DNA of 32,908 nt from Alloascoidea hylecoeti (Eukaryota), in the NCBI GenBank assembly GCA_001600815.1, contig BCKZ01000025.1:251659-284566 (forward strand). The letters run 5' to 3'. Each line of letters starts with the position of its first letter. The stretch's first letter is position 1. The position numbers and the translations under genes are program-made. Below are positions 22,323-32,908 of this stretch, piece after piece. The notes under the pieces are model-generated. The model had not been told where the DNA came from. It did no database searches and saw nothing but the letters and a program-made list of their open reading frames with translations.

Positions 22323-22654
22323 TTTCAATAGCTATTTTTTTTCAGGATAAGAATAAGAAAAAAAAGAAGAATGAAAAGGAAGAGAAAGAAAGAGTATATC
22401 ATGAATTTATATATGAAAATCTAATACCGTTGGCTAATTACAATTTGAATTTTGATGGCTTTTTTGTTTAATAATTATATAAAGTTAAATAACCTGCATT
22501 TTATAACCATGCCCCAACGAAATATTATAAAGATCTGGAGAGCGCGGAATCCAAAAATCGGACAACCTATCTCACACCACCAAATTCACCAATTATTCGA
22601 GTTGGATATAAAGAACAAAGCCAATGTAGTAATTATTATCATTTCTATTAAACT

Positions 22655-22662
22655 CCGGGTAA
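22655..22662 (-). promoter_or_regulatory. Reb1-type site upstream of the elongase gene
   Basis: CCGGGTAA (TTACCCGG on the minus strand), about 330 bp upstream of the ATG. Confidence 0.4.
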
Positions 22663-24130
22663 TATCCTTCTGCGATATGAAGAACTATTAAGATCTAGTA
22701 TCAAAATGATAATGGATAACGCCAAACATCCCAACATATTAGTAGAATGAGCCCCCGCCCCCTCTCGCCCCCCTGGGCTCCATACCATCATAAGTAGTGA
22801 ACCATATATAGTAATTGTAATTTCAGTTGAATATTTTCACTACGATTAACAATTTTTGTAATCCGCTGCTTCCTTTGCAATCTGTTACAATTTTAATGAC
22901 GGCTTTGTGGCCATGGCCTTAATAAGGTTAATCGTTTTTGTTCTAGCCGATCCAGTGGAATCTTCATAATTTTTTGGTCTATTTATGTTGGTACGATTTT
23001 TATCAGCATTCTGTGTTAGCATAAGCTTGAAGCTACAAAGGGCTGATTTCTGTTCATATTCTCAATTTGTCGAACTTCATCAAATTTTTGCTCCATTACA
23101 ACCTTTCACAATTGTTTTTTTAATCTTGATATCTGTATATGTCATTCAAATATGGGTCTGGATTATTTCTAAAATCATTCAATTGATGAAAGTACAGATT
23201 GAAATTATAGCGTCCATGGTGGTTTCGTTCCTGGTCTTGTTGGTAAGCGCCGTTAAGCGGTCAATATGCGTAGAATTTTGCATCTGAGCTGCTATTCTTC
23301 CGGACGATCTACCCATTTAAAATTAATCTACTGTTCATTATTTAATTACAGTGTGTTGATTGTGGTAGTAATATGAACATGCTCATAAATTGATATGGAT
23401 TTCTTTCAGGTTCTGATGATTGTAAACGTAATTTGGTTTCATGAAATTGAACGAATGCATCAATTGATCAATCTGAATGTTATTAATTAATTGGGACCAT
23501 GATTTCAAACTCAACATTGTAAACACCCCCAATAATCTACCCAATTTACTATTTTAGCATGGATCTCATGATAATGTGCTCATACACTAAATTGGATTGG
23601 CTATATCCTACGGAAAAGCTGGTAGGGCTAAATCTTCGGAACGGAATAGCTGTTATACTGATCCTGACAAAAAAAATGATTTAGCCCATCCATAAAATTA
23701 CAGTATCTTGTAGCTACGTATAGGTAGCAACAACTAATCTTTCCGGATAATATATGAACATTATTGCAAAGTGTTTTTTATTATATAAATTTGAACCTTA
23801 CTTACGTATATCTAACTATACTAGTAACACAACACCCTGGTCAGTTATCAACGATTCATATGAGTTTCAATCGATAAAACTAAAATGTTTAGATCTACAA
23901 CTTTTACAATCTTGTAAAATGATCACACAGATGTTGTGATTGGACAAATATATGATATATGTCAATTACGGCTCAAGAACAATTTGCATGTTTGAGTAAA
24001 TAAACTTGATTCTATGAAGAAGGCATGATGACAGAAACCAAATATCTACATGCACCAAAAATCTGACCGAAATATTAAAATCTAATTCTTTTTTTTTTGA
24101 TAAGAACGATCTTGTTAATCCAAAAATAAA

Positions 24131-26563
24131 TTATCGTATTGTATAGTCACTGAAACTTCTTCTACTTTTCTCGTCAATAGACCAATTAAATATTCCTTTT
24201 TGTGTTCCAACCACTAATTTTGTCCCATTATTCGTAAAGCTTAATCCAGATACATTCAATCCTGAATAACTCCCAAATGAATCCGATGAAGCAAAGCCAA
24301 GATCATAGGAAGCAGAATTACTAATAATCAAATCAGTCGGTGCTTCTGTCTCTTCGTTAGAACTCATATATATATATTCCAGTAATTCATCGGTTGAAAG
24401 TGATGTTTCAGCAGAGCCAGTGAAATGTAAACTTAGAGATGATCTATGAAAGTTTATCAAGTCAAGTATCTCTTCAGGATTGCTTGTTTGTGATAGTAAT
24501 GATAAAGCAAACCTGCTTTCGTTTTCATTTTCGTCTTCCATTCCGTTTTCGTTTTCATTTTCCGTTCTGTCATAATCATTGAATCCTCTTGATAGCCTGT
24601 TCATCCAGTGGCTACTACGAAATTCATCAATGTCAAAATATGTTCCCGGATGTCTCTCAAGTGCTAAGGGATGCCCAACAGCTTCAAATTCAACTTCAGT
24701 ATCAACTTCAAGTCTTTGAAAGTTCAGAAAATCAGCAGAAACCTGCTCACGTTCATTGTAATCTAAATCTCTAGGTCTATCTCTATCTCTCTGTTGGGAA
24801 TTTATTCCATTGTCCACATTCATATTCATTCTATTTTGTAATTCTTGTCCCCTAGAACTGAAATATTCAATCAGCTCCCGAATTTGTGCCTGCGTTCTTT
24901 CCGACGGATGTGAAGTTCGATCGTCGTGAATAATTCTAGTTCCAGTCCCTGTATTAACTCTTGTAGTGTTTGGGGTATCGACAGTATATGCCTCGTTTCT
25001 TAATCTCAAAGATGACCAAGATTCAGAAGTAGGTCTTGTGAACTGTGGAATAAGAGAAGATCGATTATATCTCTGCTGATTTGAATGTATTCGATCCCGA
25101 TCTTGAGAAAAGGAATTGGAAGTAAAAGAGAAATTCATGGAATCAACGATTGCTCTCTGTCTACTCTCGCGGTGTCTGTTTCTCCGTGTTGTACCCCTAT
25201 TTAATGTATTAGTTAAAAGTAGTCGTTCTTCTTCTGCTGTAATACTTCTGTTTGTTGATGAGCCACTTCCATGGGGACCAACTGGGCTCATAATTTCTCT
25301 ATAGGTTTGTATCACTGGTCTATTAACCACATCATTCTTATTAGTAGGGTCATCAGGTAAGATTAAAACCTGATGAACGTCAAAGTTTCTGACATCAAGC
25401 AAATGAACTCTGCTTGTTTGTTCGGCTATTGCCAAAATATCACATAATCCATCACTAAATTTAACATTTCGAAAGGCGCCATTGCTATTGTTACTATCAT
25501 TTGAACATTTCCTTGTTGATTCAATATTTTTGACAGGTTCAGATAAATTCCTAACATCATATACCAATGCATTTCCATTTTGAAACCCGACACAAAAATA
25601 AAGTCCCGATGAATGAAAGTCACTTGAGAATCCACAATCATGAGGAGTCAATATATTAGTGAATCTTGGGCTGGTCTGATCATTTCGGATACGAAAGTCA
25701 TCATTGTGAAATATATAGATCTCGGGCCCATCACCACAAGCGACAACCATTTTCCCATCGGGAGAGCGACAGCAATTATTGACGGGATTATCCAATTGAA
25801 CAGAACCTCTGTGACTAACTCTTGTATTATCAATATTTATTGAATAGATCTGATGATCATTATTACAGACAAGGCCATCGATATCACCACTTTCTGTAGG
25901 GTATAAGTTGATTGAGTTGTTAATATATTGACCTAATCTCAAGTTTGCATACTGTCCATTCCTTGAATTTAGAATAGTCAGCAGTCCAGTTGAAGACATT
26001 GAAAATGTTTGATTGGGTATAACACCACCGGTTGCTATGATTCCATTTGCTTCTGCGATACATGTAGGATGAAAGCATAAATCTATGGCAGATTTCCTTC
26101 TACCTGTTTTCATATCCAGGCTCATTATTTTATTATCTAATGGATAGTGAACAACAGTAGTTTCATTATATAGAGGTCCTTTATTTGAGGATGCTATTAA
26201 ATCACATAATTGCCAATGTCTAGACCAAAAAAATAAAGAAAAAAAATTAGTTTTCCTTTTGTACTTCTCATCATGCATCACCGTCCCCTTTATATTGAAC
26301 AAGTATAAGAACCAACTTGGCTATAGACGCTGAGGCAAAAAGACTCAACACTTACTCGATCGTCACCGTTCGTGGATAAAAGTTATAACCTGGTTTCAAT
26401 AACTGGGAATCAAATCTGATTTGATGATTGCTATTATTGCTGAATCGAAAGATTTCGATTAGTACCTTCTTCCGTACACGCAAAATGATCCATAGAAACC
26501 GAACAAAACGAGTAAACCAACATACCAAGACTGTGTTCTGGAAAATAAATGATCTACTGTCAT
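24131..26563 (-). CDS. GID11: DUF2415 WD40-repeat protein, Gid11/YLR149C-like GID ligase substrate receptor, 3 exons, about 736 aa
   Basis: Exons are 26563-26526 (MTVDHLFSRTQS), 26439-26356 and 26219-24131. Introns are GTATGT..TACTAAT..CAG and GTAAGT..ACTAAT..TAG. Splicing gives FYPRTVTIEHWQLCDLI. Also present: YINNSI, VCNND, the DUF2415 core GAFRNVKFSDGLCDILAIAEQTSRVHLLDVRNF, and the C-terminal VSGLSF..GTKLVVGTQKGIFNWSID..SRRSF. Confidence 0.85.
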
Positions 26564-26664
26564 GATATCACAATGTTAAATCCATCAAAAGCTCTATTAT
26601 TGTAGGCTGAAAAATAGGAGATAAAGAGAAGAGGTAGAAAGGGCGGATAAGATGACTACTTCCA

Positions 26665-26672
26665 CACGTGAT
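26665..26672 (-). promoter_or_regulatory. Cbf1/bHLH E-box upstream of the GID11-like gene
   Basis: CACGTGAT (ATCACGTG, matching RTCACRTG), about 100 bp upstream of the ATG at 26563. Confidence 0.35.
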
Positions 26673-27513
26673 GTGTTGGCGAGCTAAATAATTGTGTTTT
26701 TGTTTAGAGATTTGACTGTATTGTGTTAATTACAAAGATATCTATCGGCATGAATTAAATTATAGCTGCCATTTACGGATCGCTTCATTTATGTATCGGT
26801 TGCTAGTTAAACTTTTGTAAGCTTATAAGATCTTATGACAGTTGTAGTTACACTGTAGTGTGGAACAACAAAACAATTGAATTGGCATGATATGATTCAT
26901 GAAGAGAATACAATTGGAGTTACACAACGACAAAACACTTATAAAGACCGACCACAAATTTGCTCACCTAGGCCTTAATATAATTAAGTCAATACTTTTT
27001 AATACACTTGAGATATTTTAAATCTACTCATTGATATATCTAGATCTATACAAAAGAGTTATACCTTTATTTTAATTTTGATTAGAAACAGAATTTAAAT
27101 ATGGCGCCGGGTCTTTACGATATGAGTTATAGAGCAAAGTTGAAAAGTTTTCAAGATTATAATATTTTTACATTCTAATTCGCTCAGTAAAGAGTCAATA
27201 TTCTCGTCTTTACTTGCAATGTGTAACATTAAACGTATTAAAATTATAAGCATATAAATATATAAATAACTTAATTAAAACTAGATATCAATATCTATAT
27301 ATATATCAATATCGATACAACTATAGATAGATACAATGTTGATTCTAATGATAATGTACTATACCGGAAAAAAATGCAATTGCAATCATAATTAATAAAT
27401 CAACCCATAAAAAAAGATGAAAAAAAAAAAAAAGAATATTTAGTTTCCACACGATAAACGCTCTTGAATCTATCAATCTTTCTTATTTTTTGTTTGTTTG
27501 TTTATCATATTCA

Positions 27514-29781
27514 TTAAGGACTAAAAATTCTTGAAAAACTCTCAACATCTCTCCTACAACAAACACAACTATTAAAATTTCTCATTGCTAATGCCATTCT
27601 ACATTCTTCACAAATTGCAAAACAACGACATGGCCATAAAACAATTTGTCTTTGATTAACATGACAAACAGCACAACAATTTTCTTCATTAATTCCAAGA
27701 TCTTCATCATCACCATCATTAATATGTTTTCTAGGTCTTCTTGAATTTATTAACCTTATTAATTCATCTGATTCATTATTTTCCTTTTGTGATAATTGAG
27801 TTTGGAATTGTGATCGTGTTAAACGTTTATTTGTTTCTTGTGATAAATGCATTGCAAGTATTGTTTGAGAATGATGATCTTCTTCAGTTATTGGTGCAAT
27901 TAATCTTGTAAATTCAACAGCATTAAATAATTCTAATACAATAGCGTTTGAATTCTTTTCCTTCTGATTTTTAAACTGTTTTTGAAATCGGTTCATTCTA
28001 TTTGTTTTAGGAAGTGGTGAACGCAACATAGCTTGATGTGATAATTGAACTGAACCCATATAACCAGTTTTAATAGACTCACTATCATTCCGATCAATTT
28101 CTTCGATGTCTGAATCTGAAGCATATTCACTATCATATTCATACCCATCTTCATAATCCGAATCTTCATTGTATTGATATTCCGGAGTTGGGTCATAATC
28201 AGGTAGATCTGGGCCTAATAAATCTCTTGTAGATAAATTATTATCATTATACATGTATGAATGACGAGAGAGATATGCCCTTATCTCTTTCTGATTATTA
28301 TTCTTATTGCCCAATTTATGTTCTGATTTTAATTTAGAATCACTTAAATTTAAATTCGAATTTTTTCTATTATTTTTATTTTTATTTTTAAAATTCTTAA
28401 AACCATATTTTTGTGAAATGAAATTCCAAAATTTTAGCATTGCGGTTGAAATCATTTTAAGAAAAATAGAACAAATACTTTTAATCATTTTATAAGCACT
28501 TGAGACTCTAACCCAAGTTAAAAAAAATCTTCTTCTTTTACTTCCTCTTCCTGTTGTTGTTTCACCACTTTCACCAAATGTTAATTGTCCTGTTGAATGA
28601 TATTCTGGTGGAGATAAACTTTCTCTACTATATGGAGATTTATTATAACCTTTATTGTTTAGTAGTTTATTTTGTAATTCAGCATCTAACCAAGTTGTAG
28701 AAAGATATTGTATTGAAGCCGATTCATTTAGATAAGCAATTTTTGAAGCAGAAGTTAAAGAAACAACACCTAATTTCATCAAACAAGAATAATAATCTTC
28801 ATCCATTGAAAAATGAATGGAGTTTAAATTTGTAGAAAGGTTATTTCTACCACCAGCAAAAATTGCAGCCATTGTATAGATAAATAAACATAATAATATG
28901 ATAAAACAGGTTAATAATTGAGGGAAATAACCAATTATACAAACAGCAGGGAATTTTAAAATTGTTCCATTAAATACTGATGTAGCAAAATAAATTAAAA
29001 AACTTAAACCAAAGATTGAAGAAGGTATAAGTCTATAATTATTTAGGTTTAATATACCAAATAAATGGACGGATAGTTGAGATACCGCCGAAAATAAAGA
29101 TATAGATAAGAGTTCAATTGAGGGGCTTTCCATAAATTGGGCCTCTTGAAAAGCCATGGAGTATTCGAATAATGACATTCCGGCTTCAGAGTAAGGAGTT
29201 CTTCCTTGTATAACACTCGCGAACGTTTCAATAAACTGACCAAGACATATAGATAAGTATAGATACCAGAATAAGTCCGGAGAAGGGACCTTATCATTGG
29301 GACCTAAATTGAAGTAATCCGGAATTATCGAAAACAGGGTTTGCTTGTCTTGTAATTTTGCGCTGTATTTTAAACAAACTAGCAACGGAACGATATTTTT
29401 TAATAGAAAATAAATGGTTATACATCTCAAGAGTAATCTTTGTGGTAGTGGCATGACCCTGTGGATTCTGGAGTTTGCAAACACCACGGTCCTGTTTAGT
29501 ATAACAGCCATGGATACACAAACCAAGGCATAGGGGGAAATGAGATAGGAGAAGAAGGTGGAGACGATATCATTTGGAACGTCTTTTCTCTCAGCTACTT
29601 GATCGGCAACGGCATCTGCAAACTTTAGTAGTGGATTGAAGTGGGATTTCCAGGTGTCCGAGCGAGATAGCGAAGTAGTCAGCGGCTGCAGATCCAGAGG
29701 GGCCGGGGTGAGAAAACCCGTGGTGAAGGGTTCGGGAGAGATGGTTGGTGTTTCCCAAGCGAGGGTGGAGGTTAGTTCCAT
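27514..29781 (-). CDS. ASI3: Asi1/Asi3-like inner nuclear membrane RING E3 ubiquitin ligase, 755 aa
   Basis: N-terminal transmembrane region with SPYALVCVSMAVILNRT, FIETF, MSLFEYSMAFQEAQ and YRLIPS. C-terminal RING: CAVCHVNQRQIVLWPCRCFAICEECR...CVCCRRDVESFSRIF. Confidence 0.88.
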   Translation of the reverse strand: MELTSTLAWETPTISPEPFTTGFLTPAPLDLQPLTTSLSRSDTWKSHFNPLLKFADAVADQVAERKDVPNDIVSTFFSYLISPYALVCVSMAVILNRTVVFANSRIHRVMPLPQRLLLRCITIYFLLKNIVPLLVCLKYSAKLQDKQTLFSIIPDYFNLGPNDKVPSPDLFWYLYLSICLGQFIETFASVIQGRTPYSEAGMSLFEYSMAFQEAQFMESPSIELLSISLFSAVSQLSVHLFGILNLNNYRLIPSSIFGLSFLIYFATSVFNGTILKFPAVCIIGYFPQLLTCFIILLCLFIYTMAAIFAGGRNNLSTNLNSIHFSMDEDYYSCLMKLGVVSLTSASKIAYLNESASIQYLSTTWLDAELQNKLLNNKGYNKSPYSRESLSPPEYHSTGQLTFGESGETTTGRGSKRRRFFLTWVRVSSAYKMIKSICSIFLKMISTAMLKFWNFISQKYGFKNFKNKNKNNRKNSNLNLSDSKLKSEHKLGNKNNNQKEIRAYLSRHSYMYNDNNLSTRDLLGPDLPDYDPTPEYQYNEDSDYEDGYEYDSEYASDSDIEEIDRNDSESIKTGYMGSVQLSHQAMLRSPLPKTNRMNRFQKQFKNQKEKNSNAIVLELFNAVEFTRLIAPITEEDHHSQTILAMHLSQETNKRLTRSQFQTQLSQKENNESDELIRLINSRRPRKHINDGDDEDLGINEENCCAVCHVNQRQIVLWPCRCFAICEECRMALAMRNFNSCVCCRRDVESFSRIFSP

Positions 29782-30154
29782 GTTTCATTCCATGTGAGGA
29801 TCCGTTGAAGATCCGAACAGGCCTGTTGAGAAACCTGAGGGAGACACCCAGACACCCCCACACAGACACACACGTACATCCGGACATACACAGGCCACTT
29901 TTGTTTTCAGTTATTCCGATGCGGAAATGGATGTGGACCGAAGAGAATATTATAATAAAACGGAACAGGACAGGACCGGCTGTATGCGCACATAAAAACG
30001 TCTGCAGAGAATATGTTAGCAATTTGCCCGTTTTCCTACTTATTCCGGCTGTGGGGTGGGACGTTCGGTATAAATACCCCAGATATACCCCAGGTTTTTC
30101 TCTATCTTCATCAATCTTCAATCTTCAGTCTTCATTCACAATTTATAATTCATA
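29782..30154. promoter_or_regulatory. Divergent ASI3/AAT2 promoter region with a TATA box for AAT2
   Basis: 373 bp separate the divergent ATGs. TATAAATA lies at 30069-30076, followed by a pyrimidine-rich tract. Several CGG/CCG triplets are present. Confidence 0.55.
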
Positions 30155-31462
30155 ATGTCCTTCTTCACAGAAATCGAAACTGCTCCTCCTGACCCAATGT
30201 TTAATCTGGCTGCAAAATGCCGTTCAGATCCCTCCGAATTCAAAGTGGATTTGGGTATTGGTGCCTACAGAGATAATGATGGTAAACCTTGGGTCCTCCC
30301 TTCTGTCCAACTCGCAGAAGAGAAATTGACTCATGATAAGTCTTACAATCATGAATATTTACCTATTAATGGCCTTCAAGGTCTTGTTGAAAGCTCAGCC
30401 GCTCGCATAATCTTTGGTGAAAAGACGATGCCGGAACATCGTGTTACAGTTCAAAGTTTATCTGGTACCGGCGCCCTGCATCTTGCTGCTGCCTTTTTAT
30501 CTAAATTTTCCCCAAAGCCAAAACCAAAAGTTTATGTTTCTGATCCAACTTGGGGGAACCATTATCAAATCTTTGAAAATGTCGGTTTTGAAGTTGATAA
30601 ATATCCTTATTGGAATCCTGTCACTTTGTCCTTGGATTTTGATGGGTTTTTAGGTAAAATGGAATCTATTGATGAAGGTTCGATTATAGTTCTTCATACT
30701 TGTGCTCATAACCCAACTGGTGTTGATCTTACAAGATCTCAATGGAGAGAATTACATCATGTAATTTATACAAGACATTTATGTCCTATTTTTGATACTG
30801 CTTATCAAGGCTTCGCAACAGGTTCTTTAGATGAGGACGCATGGCCAATAAGATATTTTACAAATCATCCAACTAAAAAAATGGAACTTATTGTTTGTCA
30901 ATCTTTTGCTAAAAATTTTGGTCTATATGGTGAAAGAGCAGGTGGTTTACATTTTGTTTTAGATTCTGAAAAAACTTGTAAAGCTCTTAGATCTCAATTG
31001 GCAATCTTAACAAGATCTGAAATTTCAAATCCTCCTTCATATGGTGCTAAAATCGTAGCAACCATTCTTAATGATCCTGTCTTATACAAACAATGGGTTG
31101 GTGATCTTCAAACAATGTCTCAAAGAATTATATTAAATCGAAAATCATTAAAAGAAAACTTAATTAAATTAGGTACTCCTGGTAATTGGGATCATATTAC
31201 AAACCAAATCGGGATGTTCTCATTTACTGGTTTAAATACTGATCAAGTTAAAAGATTAGTTGAAGAATTTCATATTTACATGGCAAGCAGTGGAAGAATA
31301 TCAATGGCTGGTTTAAATACTCATAATATCGAATATACTGCTAAATGTATAGATATTGTTGCACGAGATCAAGTAAAGAAAAATCCTGTTACTTTTTCAA
31401 TGAATTCTTTGGAACAATCAAATGTTGTATATCCAAGAGTTTCTTTCTTACGTTTGATGTAA
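30155..31462 (+). CDS. AAT2: Aspartate aminotransferase, cytosolic type, 435 aa
   Basis: KVDLGIGAYR, QSLSGTGAL, PTWGNH, CAHNPTGVD, DTAYQGFA, the PLP-lysine motif SFAKNFGLYGER, RSEISNPP and SGRISMAG. No mitochondrial presequence. Confidence 0.95.
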   Translation: MSFFTEIETAPPDPMFNLAAKCRSDPSEFKVDLGIGAYRDNDGKPWVLPSVQLAEEKLTHDKSYNHEYLPINGLQGLVESSAARIIFGEKTMPEHRVTVQSLSGTGALHLAAAFLSKFSPKPKPKVYVSDPTWGNHYQIFENVGFEVDKYPYWNPVTLSLDFDGFLGKMESIDEGSIIVLHTCAHNPTGVDLTRSQWRELHHVIYTRHLCPIFDTAYQGFATGSLDEDAWPIRYFTNHPTKKMELIVCQSFAKNFGLYGERAGGLHFVLDSEKTCKALRSQLAILTRSEISNPPSYGAKIVATILNDPVLYKQWVGDLQTMSQRIILNRKSLKENLIKLGTPGNWDHITNQIGMFSFTGLNTDQVKRLVEEFHIYMASSGRISMAGLNTHNIEYTAKCIDIVARDQVKKNPVTFSMNSLEQSNVVYPRVSFLRLM

Positions 31463-32629
31463 AGAAAATTAACTTTTGGACATTAATTAATTAACTTAAA
31501 CAAAGAAGATTAAGCTTAGTTATATGTATTATTATAAAATATATTATTACTACCATAATAATTATATTTTTTAGTTCTTTTAAATTGTTAAATATTAATA
31601 TCGATTTTTTTAGATGTTGCTTTATGGGATTGGGTTAATATAAGCTTATAGCTATAGGGTATGTTTGTATATAGCGTTAATTATAATTTGATCCAAAATT
31701 TAGATGATTTGTGTGAATTTTCAAAAAAATAGTAGATATCTACAGTTTTATTAATTAATGTTACAATTTTGGGGTACAAGCTAACTGTTTTAAAAAATAG
31801 TCAAAATAACAATCATTATGATACAAGTAGGCTAGATTTGATTATACTCTATTTTCAATTGTAGGATATATATAACGCATTAGAGTCTTGGACGCATTTA
31901 ATCTTAAAAGCTTTTGGCATAGGAGCCTTTTTGTATTTTTGTTGTGATGTTAGAATCTATCCAAAACATAAAACACAATTTTTCATTACAATTATGCCAT
32001 GATTAAACCCAAGATAAAATGCGAAATAATTCCTAAATCACCGCACATCAAGAGCTCCATTTATAAAACAATTGCAACCACTATATGGACTTTAATGAAT
32101 AAGAACAATCTCTTAAATAAGTTTATGTAGAAAACATTTCAAAGAAAACTCGAAGAAGTAATGTATACAACACTTAATATCGATATCGGACACTTGGTGG
32201 ACTAATTATTCGGACTCTCGGTCTATCGAGGTTTATAATCGGATGACTTAGTAAACAATTCCATCTACAACAGGTGATTTAACCACTACGTTCGGTAATA
32301 CAATGTATGAAGAGTAAAATATATTAGTGCTGGTTTCTAGTATTTCTACGCAGAAAATATAAAATATGACGATTAGAAAAATATGGCTGGTAGTGTTGTC
32401 TTACATCATGATCAGGAGAAATTTATACTCTAAATACTATTCAATCAATTTCTTCATAAAACTTCATATGTTTCACAAGATGATGGTGAGATATCAACTG
32501 CTAAAAATGGTTTAACTCCTTCATACACAAGATCAAAATTAAGGCTACAGGCAAGATTATTATTACTTACCCGGTAATTTATAAAATAAAATAAATAAAG
32601 CGAAATCATAAAAAGTTAAATATAGCCGA

Positions 32630-32908
32630 TTACAAATTATCTGACCTTTTTCTTTTTGTTCCTAAATTCTGTTGCAATTTATTTTTTTCATTTTTTAATG
32701 CTTCTTCCCTGATATTTTGTAATTTGGTCAAGTCTTCCTCTTTTCGACGACGAGCGGTTTCTCTACTAATTCTTGCTCCTTTTCTTTTTCTTTGAGCTGT
32801 GTTTCCAAAGCCAAAGTCAAAAAAGTACACCTCTTTATCTGCTGTGACCTTCATGTTAGATCTTCTTATGTCACCATGAATTATTCCCTGTTTATGTAAC
32901 AAATTCAA
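32630..32908 (-). CDS. 3' fragment of an atypical protein kinase-like gene, truncated by the window end
   Basis: LLHKQGIIHGDIRRSN (catalytic loop HxDxxxxN), EVYFFDFGFG, then a short helix EEDLTKL and a basic tail KRKR. Paralog of the fragment at 3-251. Confidence 0.8.
   Translation of the reverse strand: MNLLHKQGIIHGDIRRSNMKVTADKEVYFFDFGFGNTAQRKRKGARISRETARRRKEEDLTKLQNIREEALKNEKNKLQQNLGTKRKRSDNL

Noticed and set aside
26220..26355. Box C-like ATGATGA in GID11 intron 2 (intronic snoRNA?)
   Set aside because: It lies close to the branch point with no downstream CTGA box D.
29591..30155. 176-aa and 136-aa ORFs across the ASI3/AAT2 promoter
   Set aside because: Locally high GC lowers stop frequency. 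They overlap real genes and show no protein motifs.
32567..32577. TTACCCGGTAA Reb1-like near-palindrome
   Set aside because: It lies between convergent 3' ends rather than in a promoter. It could be a termination roadblock, but one motif is not enough support.

Overview
AT-rich fungal DNA, most likely from an early-diverging budding yeast (inferred from gene content, short GT..CTAAC..YAG introns and Reb1/Cbf1-type motifs). Seven genes look intact: ABD1 (mRNA cap methyltransferase), a 5-exon Red1/ZFC3H1-like zinc-finger protein divergent from ABD1, a chitin synthase with a degenerate myosin-like domain (class VII/V type), a QTYHH-type ELO elongase, a 3-exon GID11/DUF2415 WD40 protein, an ASI3-like RING ligase and AAT2. 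Several decayed genes lie between them: a Zn2Cys6 transcription factor, a Bul1/arrestin-like gene, a possible ACS-family MFS fragment and unidentified relics. Two things stand out. First, both window ends stop inside paralogous, inward-pointing, minimal atypical kinase genes; the left one is missing from the ORF track. Second, the last Red1-like intron is unusually long, with a displaced perfect branch point, a hairpin and a potential poison acceptor. I found no tRNA, rRNA, CRISPR array or recognisable transposase. All family assignments come from motif recognition by eye, not from database searches.
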